64,000 nucleotides of DNA from an uncultured Kiritimatiellota bacterium (GCA_944391085.1 CALXSE010000002.1:10450-74449); one strand, 5' to 3'; shown: positions 19,570-26,964, counted from the stretch's first letter. Notes: a model not told the origin generated them from the letters alone. Numbers and translations: made by a program.

Positions 19570-20450
19570 CGGCTCTCTTTTGGTTCGCGTCGGTGTTCGG
19601 CGGCCTGGCCGCCGGGGGGATGGCCTGGTGCCTTCTCTCGTCGTTTTCAGACAGCGCCGCGGCGGCGGCGGATTCCTATGAGGACGACCTGTCGCGCAAG
19701 CTTGAGGCGATGTTTCTTTTCGTTCCCGCGCGGCGTATCGTGGAATTGGGATGGATGGCGGCGGGCGTGGTTTTCCTGGTGGCGATGTTGCCTTTTTGCA
19801 GACTCGAGCCGCCGTGGGTGCTGCCGGTGGGGTTGGGCGTGTCGCTGGCGTTGGCGATTGGCGCCTTCTTCCTGCCGCGCGTGGTCGTGAACGTGCTGCG
19901 GGCCCGGCGCCTGGAGCGCTTCGACCTCCAGCTCCTCGAGGCCTTGCCCATGATGTCCAACGCTTTGCGCGCGGGGTTTTCCATCAACCAGGCGTTCGAG
20001 AGCGTCGCCGAAGGCATGGACGCGCCCATGCGCCAGGAAATCTCCCTGTTCCTTCAGCAACTGCGCGTGGGCGTCTCGTTCACGGAGGCGCTCGAGGCGC
20101 TTGACCGCCGTGTGGGGAGCGAAGATCTCACGCTTGTCTGCACGGCCATTGACATCGCCCGCCGCTCGGGCGGCAACCTCACCGAGATTTTCGACTCCAT
20201 CGCAGAGACGATCCGGGCGCGTCTGCGCATCCACCAACACGTTCGCACGCTCACGGCCCAAGGCCGCCTGCAGGGGCTTGTCATCGGCGCCATGCCGTTT
20301 TTGCTGGGCATCGGCATGGCGATCTTCAAGCCTTCGCTCATGTTGCCTTTCGTCTGTTCCCTGGCCGGCGCGGCCACGCTGCTGGCGGTTGCCGTGATGG
20401 TGGCCCTGGGCGGCCTGCTGATCCGTAAAATCGTAACCATAGACGTGTGA
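19566..20450 (+). CDS. tadB: Tad platform protein TadB (T2SS-F domain)
   Basis: TTG start overlapping the cpaF stop. Polytopic protein with a T2SSF-type cytoplasmic domain (LPMMSNALRAGFSINQAFESVAEGM...). Confidence 0.85.
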   Translation: MTALFWFASVFGGLAAGGMAWCLLSSFSDSAAAAADSYEDDLSRKLEAMFLFVPARRIVELGWMAAGVVFLVAMLPFCRLEPPWVLPVGLGVSLALAIGAFFLPRVVVNVLRARRLERFDLQLLEALPMMSNALRAGFSINQAFESVAEGMDAPMRQEISLFLQQLRVGVSFTEALEALDRRVGSEDLTLVCTAIDIARRSGGNLTEIFDSIAETIRARLRIHQHVRTLTAQGRLQGLVIGAMPFLLGIGMAIFKPSLMLPFVCSLAGAATLLAVAVMVALGGLLIRKIVTIDV

Positions 20451-20451
20451 G

Positions 20452-21342
20452 ATGTCCGCTGCGCTCTACTGGATTTCCCTTCTTGGATGGGCCCTTTGCG
20501 CGGGCGGCCTGGCCTGGTATGTCTTGGGTTATGCCACGCAAATCACCTACGTCACCTTGGCGGATGGCCGCCGCCAGGCGCGCGCGTTGCCTTTGGCGTT
20601 CCGCCTGCTGTTGCCGTTGGCGCCGAACCTCGAGCCGCTCCTGCGCAAGCCGGCCTTCGCCCCCGCCACGCAAAACGCCTCGTGGCAGCTTGCCGCAGCA
20701 GGTTATGAAGGGTTGCTTTCGGGGCGTGAATTCGTCGCCGTGAAGATGCTACTGCCGGCGCTGGCGGCGCTTGTCCTGGCGCTTCTCTTTATCCCGCTTG
20801 GGGCGGAGGCCTTCCCGTTCTGGCTCATCGGCGTGCTGGTGGCGTGGGTGTGGCCGCTCCATTGGCTCCGCAAAACCCGCGCCGCGCGTGCCAGGCAAAT
20901 CGTCCGCGCGTTGCCTTTCGTGCTGGATCTGCTGACGCTCTCGGTGGAGGCGGGGCTTGATTTCATGGGCGCGGTGCAGCGCAACTGCGAACGCCGCAAA
21001 ATGGATCCCCTGAACGAGGAACTGTTGCGGATGCAGCGCGAAATCCAGGTCGGCACCACGCGAAAGGTCGCCCTGCGCAACCTCTCCGAGCGCGTCCGCA
21101 TCCCGCAGCTGCGCACGCTTTGCGCCGCCCTCATCCAGGCCGATGAGCTGGGCGTGAGCATCGGCTCTATCCTGCGCATTCAGGCCGACCAACTGCGTCA
21201 GGAGCGCTTTGAACGCGCCGAGAAGCTCGCCCACGAGGCGCCGACTAAAATGCTCTTTCCCCTGCTTCTCTTCATCTTCCCCGCGACCATCGTCGTCTTG
21301 CTCGGGCCGCTCTTGGCCAACGCCTTGGGGGATTTTCTGTGA
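20452..21342 (+). CDS. tadC: Tad platform protein TadC (T2SS-F domain)
   Basis: LPFVLDLLTLSVEAGLDFMGAVQRN and ELGVSIGSILRIQADQLRQERFERAEKLAHEAPTKMLFPLLLFIFP are typical TadC strings. Confidence 0.85.
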   Translation: MSAALYWISLLGWALCAGGLAWYVLGYATQITYVTLADGRRQARALPLAFRLLLPLAPNLEPLLRKPAFAPATQNASWQLAAAGYEGLLSGREFVAVKMLLPALAALVLALLFIPLGAEAFPFWLIGVLVAWVWPLHWLRKTRAARARQIVRALPFVLDLLTLSVEAGLDFMGAVQRNCERRKMDPLNEELLRMQREIQVGTTRKVALRNLSERVRIPQLRTLCAALIQADELGVSIGSILRIQADQLRQERFERAEKLAHEAPTKMLFPLLLFIFPATIVVLLGPLLANALGDFL

Positions 21343-21587
21343 ATGTCCTGCGCTTGCCTGCCCCGGCGTCCCCATTCCTCGGGCCTTGCGCGACGTGTAG
21401 CCGTGTCGCCCAGGAATTGAGGGCGTCGGGCGTTTGGCCGGGCGTCGCGCGGGGTAACGAATCTGGCGGCGGCGCCTTAGCCTGTGCGCCTTTCGCATTG
21501 GGGAAGGGTTGGGGAGGCTCACCGCTTACGGCATAGGCGCCCTTCAGAGACGCGCCCTTGACCCCAAGAAAATGAGGAGGATCAGGC

Positions 21588-22877
21588 ATGGTTCCGCAAT
21601 GGTTCATTGAGGAAAAGCGCGACGGCCGAGAGCACGCCGAGGCAGACTTGCGTGCGTGGGTGCGTGGGATCGCCGACGGCTCGCTCCCTGATTATCAAAT
21701 CGCCGCCTGGCTCATGGCCGCTTACCTTAACGGGCTCTCCGAGGCCGAAACCGCCACGCTCACCGACGCCATGATGCGTTCGGGCGAGTGCCTGGCCTGG
21801 GATCTCCCTGCCCCGACCGCCGACAAGCACTCGACCGGCGGGGTGGGGGACAAGATTTCCCTGCCGCTGGCCCCCGTCTGCGCCGCGCTCGGCTTGGCCG
21901 TGCCCATGATTTCCGGGCGCGGGTTGGGGCTCACCGGCGGCACGCTCGACAAGCTCGAGTCCATTCCCGGTTTCAACGTGCGCCTTTCCGTCGCCGATTT
22001 TCGTCGCATTGTCGCTGACGTCGGCTGTTGCCTTATCGGCCAAACCGACACACTCGCGCCGGCGGATCGACGCCTCTATGCCCTGCGCGACGTCACGGGC
22101 ACTGTCCCGAGTATCCCGCTCATCACGGCCTCAATCATGAGCAAAAAGCTTGCCGAGGGGGCCCAACATCTGCTTTTTGACGTCAAGTTCGGCTCCGGCG
22201 CCTTCATGCGTACCCGCGCCGACGCCCACCGATTGGCCGAATCCCTTATCGCCACGGGCCGCCGCCTGGGCCGCCGCTGTCGTGCGCTCATTACGGACAT
22301 GGATCAACCTCTTGGCCGCGCCGTCGGCAACGCATTGGAGGTGCGTGAGGCGCTCGAGACATTGTCTGGAAGAGGCCCCTGGGATATCCGCGCACTCACC
22401 ATCGAGGAGGCTGCGCATCTCGCCCTTTCCGCCGGACGGTTCGCGGATCTGCCCCTGGCCCGCCGCGCCGCGGCGAAGGCATTGGCCGATGGCTCTGCCC
22501 TCCGCAGGTTCCGGGCGATGGTCGCTGCCCAAGGCGGCACCCTCGACGCTCCGCTCCCAACGGCCGAGATCCGTGTGCCTGTGCCCGCGCCGCGGGGCGG
22601 ATTTATCGAACACGTCAATGCCGAAACCATTGGGCGCGTCGCTCTCGAGCTGGGCGCCGGACGCGTCAAGGTCACCGATACGCCCAATCTCGCCGCGGGT
22701 TTGGACGCCCTGCTTCAGCAAGGTGACGTCGTGACGCCAGGCCAACCGCTCTGTTTCCTTTGCGCCGACACGGAAAGACGTGCCGAGTCTTTGGTGGAGC
22801 AGACGCTCGCGGCATTCACGATCACGGATTCCCAGCCGCCGGAACGCGAGCTTATCGCTGAGACTCTGATAGGTTGA
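21588..22877 (+). CDS. deoA: Thymidine / pyrimidine-nucleoside phosphorylase
   Basis: Contains DKHSTGGVGDKISLPLAP and the GRGLGLTGGTLDKLESIPGF motifs. A GAGGAGGA SD lies upstream. Confidence 0.9.
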   Translation: MVPQWFIEEKRDGREHAEADLRAWVRGIADGSLPDYQIAAWLMAAYLNGLSEAETATLTDAMMRSGECLAWDLPAPTADKHSTGGVGDKISLPLAPVCAALGLAVPMISGRGLGLTGGTLDKLESIPGFNVRLSVADFRRIVADVGCCLIGQTDTLAPADRRLYALRDVTGTVPSIPLITASIMSKKLAEGAQHLLFDVKFGSGAFMRTRADAHRLAESLIATGRRLGRRCRALITDMDQPLGRAVGNALEVREALETLSGRGPWDIRALTIEEAAHLALSAGRFADLPLARRAAAKALADGSALRRFRAMVAAQGGTLDAPLPTAEIRVPVPAPRGGFIEHVNAETIGRVALELGAGRVKVTDTPNLAAGLDALLQQGDVVTPGQPLCFLCADTERRAESLVEQTLAAFTITDSQPPERELIAETLIG

Positions 22878-23001
22878 ATGTCAAGGCACAACGGCCTCAG
22901 CAAACTCCAAAAGCGGGACAAAGTCCCAAAAAGACAGGTTTAGCAACAACAGAACTGGACGTTAACCGAACTCATCAACTACCAATGAAATATAACAAAT
23001 C

Positions 23002-23047
23002 GTCAGACAAATCGCAAGTAGCAAAACGGCATTTTTTGTCAGACAAA
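23002..23047. repeat. Direct repeat pair GTCAGACAAA (23002-23011 and 23038-23047), iteron-like
   Basis: Two exact 10-mers lie 36 bp apart, immediately upstream of the hairpin at 23058-23092. Confidence 0.6.
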
Positions 23048-23057
23048 AACCGCATTA

Positions 23058-23092
23058 TTTTTTGGAGCCTATTAGTGTAAGGCTCCAAAAAA
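23058..23092. promoter_or_regulatory. Hairpin TTTTTTGGAGCC-(tattagtgtaa)-GGCTCCAAAAAA, candidate nick-site / double-strand origin
   Basis: A perfect 12-bp stem with an 11-nt AT-rich loop. The T-run precedes and the A-run follows on both strands, so it is not an intrinsic terminator. Confidence 0.45.
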
Positions 23093-23345
23093 GCAAAAGA
23101 GGCCAACCCACGCCCAAACGTCACACCACGCCCGCTCATCCCCGTTCGCGATCGTGCGGGCTTTTTGGGGCCCGCACTGCTCACGGGGACCCCACGGCCG
23201 CAAGCGGCCTATTCGCGGGCTTGTGCGGACATTTTGGCGTGAGGGCAGGATGTTCCCCTCCGATAAGGAGAGAGGCGTTCACCAAGGCACCAGACCCCAC
23301 ATAAGCACCGATGAACGGACAGACAAGGAAGGGTAGGGGCGAACG

Positions 23346-23392
23346 CGGCATTGCCACACGCGCCCAGCAAGCGGGCTCGTGTGGCAATGCCG
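23346..23392. repeat. 15-bp-stem inverted repeat CGGCATTGCCACACG / CGTGTGGCAATGCCG with structured 17-nt loop
   Basis: Exact complementarity read directly from the sequence. The loop itself can pair (GCCC/GGGC). Confidence 0.7.
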
Positions 23393-23415
23393 GTGATCGC
23401 CCCCTGCCTAACCCA

Positions 23416-23589
23416 TCAGAAGCCGCAGAAGGCCATCAGTGAAGCCACGGCATTTTCAGCCGCCCTACATTCATCAGCAGGACGTAAACCTGCCTCACTC
23501 ACGGCTTCAACGACCGAAGCCACGACGCAAAGCGCACCGAACAACTCACCTACCGAAACCTCACCGCCATTCTCATCAAACCGTGCCAT
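23416..23589 (-). CDS. Small acidic hypothetical protein (57 aa) downstream of rep
   Basis: MARFDENGGEVSVGELFGALCVVASVVEAV..., with GGAGGGG 9 nt upstream of the ATG at 23589. It overlaps the rep 3' end. I recognise no homology. Confidence 0.3.
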   Translation of the reverse strand: MARFDENGGEVSVGELFGALCVVASVVEAVSEAGLRPADECRAAENAVASLMAFCGF

Positions 23590-24169
23590 TTCCATGCCCC
23601 TCCGAACCATTGCGGAACGTCTTACTCCGTGCGGCATTGTAAAGCTCTTTGAAATAAAGCCAATTATGCGGGGGAATGCCGCCCGAGGCCATCAAGTCCT
23701 CCCAAGACTGACCACTTGCCACCGCCGCATTGACAAGCGCCCAAACCTTGAAAGGGCGCATATCAATCATTTTCACATCCTCAAGCAGCCGTTCCCTACA
23801 CGTTGCCCCGAACTCTTCCAACGCATAAGAAAAGCGCCGCGACTGCCCCTTGGAAGCCAAATAACCCGCGTTGTGGGAACTGTACAGGAACCAATCCGCA
23901 AACTTTGAGACCCGAAAAGGAAGAACACCCCTAGGCTCGCTTTCCCCCGGCACAAGTTCGCGGAATTGCTTTTCCAGTTCCATCGTATCCAACACCCGAG
24001 CGGGAAGCATACACACATGGATATGCGCTTTCTTTTCGTCATCCTCGGGTTGATGCACAACCCAATAGGCCAACTCAATCACGCCCGAAGCCCGCAAGCG
24101 TTCGCACGTCAGACTGAGAAAAGCAGGGGTATTAAAAGAAACGGTGCTTACAAGTCTTCTCGTTCTCAT
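23576..24169 (-). CDS. HUH rolling-circle replication initiator, pMV158 RepB-like (Rep_2-type motif order)
   Basis: 197 aa. VVHQPEDDEKKAHIHVCML matches the pattern H..D then KKAH-U-H-V, and FLYSSHNAGYLASKGQSRRFSYALEEF holds the Tyr candidates. Motif spacing resembles RepB (HDKD...KKAHYHV...LYLTH...HVYD), quoted from memory. Confidence 0.7.
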   Translation of the reverse strand: MRTRRLVSTVSFNTPAFLSLTCERLRASGVIELAYWVVHQPEDDEKKAHIHVCMLPARVLDTMELEKQFRELVPGESEPRGVLPFRVSKFADWFLYSSHNAGYLASKGQSRRFSYALEEFGATCRERLLEDVKMIDMRPFKVWALVNAAVASGQSWEDLMASGGIPPHNWLYFKELYNAARSKTFRNGSEGHGNGTV

Positions 24170-24365
24170 TGTCTATCGTCGCCTTTGCAGTACGGACGAG
24201 TTCGGACGCGCCGTGAATTGTGGCCATATAGGAATGCAGAACCATACGCACCCACTCAGAGGGCGTTTGCCCCGTCATCCTAGAAGACGACCAAATGAAC
24301 CTTGCCAAAGGCTCATCCAAGCGGACTGTAACCCGCTTTATCAAGTTCTTTTCATACATGCTCAT
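24132..24365 (-). CDS. Ribbon-helix-helix (CopG/MetJ-type) DNA-binding protein
   Basis: Starts at MSMYEKNLIKRVTVRLDEPLARFIWSSS...TPSEWVRMVL, the beta-strand then helix pattern of RHH proteins. GGAG lies 5 nt before the ATG at 24365. It overlaps the rep start by 38 nt, like the copG-repB operons. Confidence 0.6.
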   Translation of the reverse strand: MSMYEKNLIKRVTVRLDEPLARFIWSSSRMTGQTPSEWVRMVLHSYMATIHGASELVRTAKATIDNENEKTCKHRFF

Positions 24366-24385
24366 AGGAACTCCAAAAGGTGCCA

Positions 24386-24399
24386 TTTTGTCGACAAAA
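24386..24399. promoter_or_regulatory. Perfect 14-bp palindrome TTTTGTCGACAAAA, candidate RHH operator
   Basis: Lies 21 nt upstream of the RHH ATG, inside the AT-rich promoter region. It overlaps the first copy of the 12-bp direct repeat CAAAACAAAGAA (24395-24406 and 24422-24433). Confidence 0.4.
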
Positions 24400-24516
24400 C
24401 AAAGAAACGAAATAAACAAAGCAAAACAAAGAAGTTAGACAAAATAAAAAGCACAATTCAACAGAACTGCGCTTATGCGACGCAATGCGTTCCGTGCTTT
24501 AACCCACTCCCCTACG

Positions 24517-24543
24517 CAGCAGGCAATGCCTCATTGCCTGCTG
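24517..24543. repeat. Perfect 12-bp-stem hairpin CAGCAGGCAATG-cct-CATTGCCTGCTG
   Basis: Read directly from the sequence. There is no T-tract on either side, so it is not a canonical terminator. It lies between the element's right repeat and the tilS stop. Confidence 0.6.
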
Positions 24544-24686
24544 AAATGGTTCTTCCAAGGGAGTCTTTTGGGAAGTGGTGATACACACTGCATTGAGAAT
24601 TGGCGAACCTGTTCGTAAGAACCTATCCGCCATCCCCACGAGGCAAAAGGGGAAAACACGAGTGACCAAAAGTCTGTCGCGGACAA

Positions 24687-25568
24687 TCAGAGGCGAGCCC
24701 AAGCGGATTCGCCGATTCGCTTCACGGTAAGTCCACCCGTGACTTGGGTGACGCTGCCAAGCTGCAGCGCAAGGAGCGCCTCGGTTTGTTGGCGCGTCAA
24801 TGTCGTGGGTAACCAGGCGCGCAGGGCGCGACGAATGAGCACGGGGTCTGTCCCCGGGCGGAGCTCAAGCGTCTGTTCGGAACCGGCAAAGACCGCGGCC
24901 TGTGCCAAGCGGTTGAGACAGGCGGATTCCTCGGCCAACAGATCCGCGGCCGCGTTGGCGCCGGAGGTGAAATGCGGCAGGAGCGGCACGAGAACGCGCC
25001 GAATGGCGTTGCGCGGGATGGAAAGGTCTGCGTTGGAGACATCTTCCACCCAGGATTGCCTTCGGGCACGGAGCCACGCCACCTGGGCCGCATGCGTCTC
25101 GTCGAGCAACGGCCTCCAGATACGCAGTTCCGGGCTCCCCGGCAGTCCCCCACCCCAACCAAAACTGGAGAGCCCTTCTGCGCCGCAACCCCGCGCCAAC
25201 CGCAGCACCAGGTTTTCCGCGCGGTCGTCCGCCTGGTGCGCCAACAGGATGCCCACACATCTTGACGCATGCAACTCTTGCGCGAAAAAGGTCATCCGGG
25301 CAGACCGTGCCAGACTTTCCTTGGACCCCCGCTCAGTCGGCGCCGCCACACGCCGTCCCACGCGCAAAGGCACCTCCCGCGCCGCACAAAGGCCCCGGCA
25401 GAACGCTTCCGCCTCATCGCCATTCTCGTCCGCGAAGGCATGATTGAAATGCAAAGCCACCGGCCGCACTCCCGCTTCCAGACATTTCAGCAACAAAGCC
25501 ACCGAATCGGCCCCGCCGCTCAAGCCTACCGCCCACCGCCCCTTTCGGATGTCCTGTGGCAACCTCAC
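24687..25568 (-). CDS. tilS: tRNA(Ile)-lysidine synthetase
   Basis: PP-loop motif VGLSGGADSVALL; GTG start; typical TilS length without the C-terminal extension. Confidence 0.9.
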   Translation of the reverse strand: MRLPQDIRKGRWAVGLSGGADSVALLLKCLEAGVRPVALHFNHAFADENGDEAEAFCRGLCAAREVPLRVGRRVAAPTERGSKESLARSARMTFFAQELHASRCVGILLAHQADDRAENLVLRLARGCGAEGLSSFGWGGGLPGSPELRIWRPLLDETHAAQVAWLRARRQSWVEDVSNADLSIPRNAIRRVLVPLLPHFTSGANAAADLLAEESACLNRLAQAAVFAGSEQTLELRPGTDPVLIRRALRAWLPTTLTRQQTEALLALQLGSVTQVTGGLTVKRIGESAWARL

Positions 25569-26061
25569 CGCTTCAATTCCTCCAAAACCCGGGTGGGACG
25601 TTCTGCGCCATCAGCATTGCCAGGTCTCCCTAGTTGCCCAATCATTTGCGACTCTGAAGCTCGCCCACGCGATTCTTGGGGTTGGAAGCCCCCATAACGC
25701 CACCTTGGCGCAACGGGATTTCGCCAAAGTCAATTGCCTCAAATCTGCCATCGGTTCTGCACTTGATGGGCCTATCCTCAATTCCACTTGAATGGGATCG
25801 CCCTCAAAGGGAAACGCGGCCCCTCGAACCCTTTTCGCACAGGTCTAGGCCCTGAGCAAAACAAAAGCGAAGGGCTTGGCGCAAAGCGCCGTCGGGGTCG
25901 GCGATTCTGCGGCATGTTGGCATCGCCGCGGCGCCGACTCGATTCGTGGGGATAACTTTGCAAGACGGCCCCTGGTGAGGCTTCCCCTGGTTCTCGCGCA
26001 GGGCGGCCTCTCTTCTCATGGAGCGATGCACGGCTCTCTCCTCATGATTTGGCCATGCGCC

Positions 26062-26964
26062 TCAGGGGGTTGCCAAGTCCTTCTTCAATGCGGCCGTGAA
26101 CCGTATGGCGCCCAGGGCGTTGAAATGGTCCGCATCCCTCCAGCAATCGGCGGGGAACGGCATGTCGGAGTAATCCAAAATCCGCAAGCCGGCCTTTGCC
26201 TCAACGCCGGGAGTCCAGACGTCCGCGCCATCCCCGGCGGCCAACGCCTCGCGGTAATCCTCGCGCAGCGGGTGCCGGAACAGGATCAGTCGGCGGCCAT
26301 CCGCCTCGACCGCCGTGCGCAGGCGGAGGAACCATTCCATTTCGGAAGGATCGTAATGCGCCCGCCGGATATGCCCCAGCACGCGTTGCTTCAAATCCGT
26401 CGCCAGGGGATCGGGCGGCAAAGCCGTATAACCGCGAAAACAGTCCGCCGGCTGTCTGACCTTGGCCAAGCGCCTGACACGCCGTTCATGCGGCCCAATC
26501 AACAGCGAAGAACGGTAAGGCATCCCGATCAGGACGTGAAGGATGACGGAATAAATGAAGTTCTCGGTGTATTCTGCCTGATGGGAGGGAAGCCAGAAGT
26601 TGTCGCTCATCAAGACCGTTTGCCCCGGTGCGCGCGGCCAACGGGAGCGCAACGCCTGATAGACGTAATAGTCCATCCTGTAATCCCCGTTGACGAACCC
26701 CGCGTTCCAAAGGCGGAGGTCCGCGGCCGCCGCCGGATCAATCCCCTGGACGACGTGCGAGCTGCCGATGCACAAGATGGCCGTGGCCGGGTCGAAGTCC
26801 TCGAAGATACATTGCGCGCGGCCGACCTCCCTGGCCAATTGCGCCTCAGACATCGGCTTCTTGCAGCCGCGGGAACGCAAAATCCGCCCCAGGGCGGAAC
26901 GATGCGGCGTCAACGGGGCGATGGCCTTCCAGAACAACCGCCACACTCTTTGTCCGACTGTCAT
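26062..26964 (-). CDS. Hypothetical protein, possibly SGNH/DltD-like polysaccharide esterase or acyltransferase accessory
   Basis: Starts at MTVGQRVWRLFW (ATGA overlap with the upstream gene). Contains ILCIGSSHVVQGID (a GSSH block) and DADHFN near the C-terminus. The assignment is weak. Confidence 0.5.
   Translation of the reverse strand: MTVGQRVWRLFWKAIAPLTPHRSALGRILRSRGCKKPMSEAQLAREVGRAQCIFEDFDPATAILCIGSSHVVQGIDPAAAADLRLWNAGFVNGDYRMDYYVYQALRSRWPRAPGQTVLMSDNFWLPSHQAEYTENFIYSVILHVLIGMPYRSSLLIGPHERRVRRLAKVRQPADCFRGYTALPPDPLATDLKQRVLGHIRRAHYDPSEMEWFLRLRTAVEADGRRLILFRHPLREDYREALAAGDGADVWTPGVEAKAGLRILDYSDMPFPADCWRDADHFNALGAIRFTAALKKDLATP

Larger units (their letters stand above)
22947..24469 (-). 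mobile_element. Candidate integrated pMV158-type rolling-circle mini-replicon (RHH + Rep cassette) bounded by the 11-bp direct repeat CAACAGAACTG
   Basis: The lines at 22981, 23041, 24361 and 24421 each count 21/60 = 35% GC, against about 67% in the flanks. The segment has HUH Rep and RHH genes, iterons, hairpins, and identical 11-mers at 22947-22957 and 24459-24469. Confidence 0.5.

Noticed and set aside
23181-23908. ORFs 23181..23387(-) and 23351..23908(+) inside the island
   Set aside because: Both start within opposite arms of the 15-bp inverted repeat, which explains their mirrored N-termini (MPHEPACWARVAMP / MPHAPSKRARVAMP). The plus-strand one is antisense to rep, and neither has an SD.
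23576-24169. Alternative reading of the HUH protein as an IS200/IS605 TnpA transposase (hairpin-ended element)
   Set aside because: The protein is longer than the TnpA proteins I recall (197 aa against about 130-155). It carries the H..D plus KKAH-U-H-V and LY..H pattern of RepB-type initiators. It is preceded by an overlapping RHH gene as in cop-rep operons. A profile search is still needed to settle this.
25566-25646. 26-codon minus-strand sORF (MIGQLGRPGNADGAERPTRVLEELKR) whose stop overlaps the tilS GTG start (GTGA)
   Set aside because: No SD or promoter signal is visible and the composition is unremarkable. The overlap could be fortuitous.
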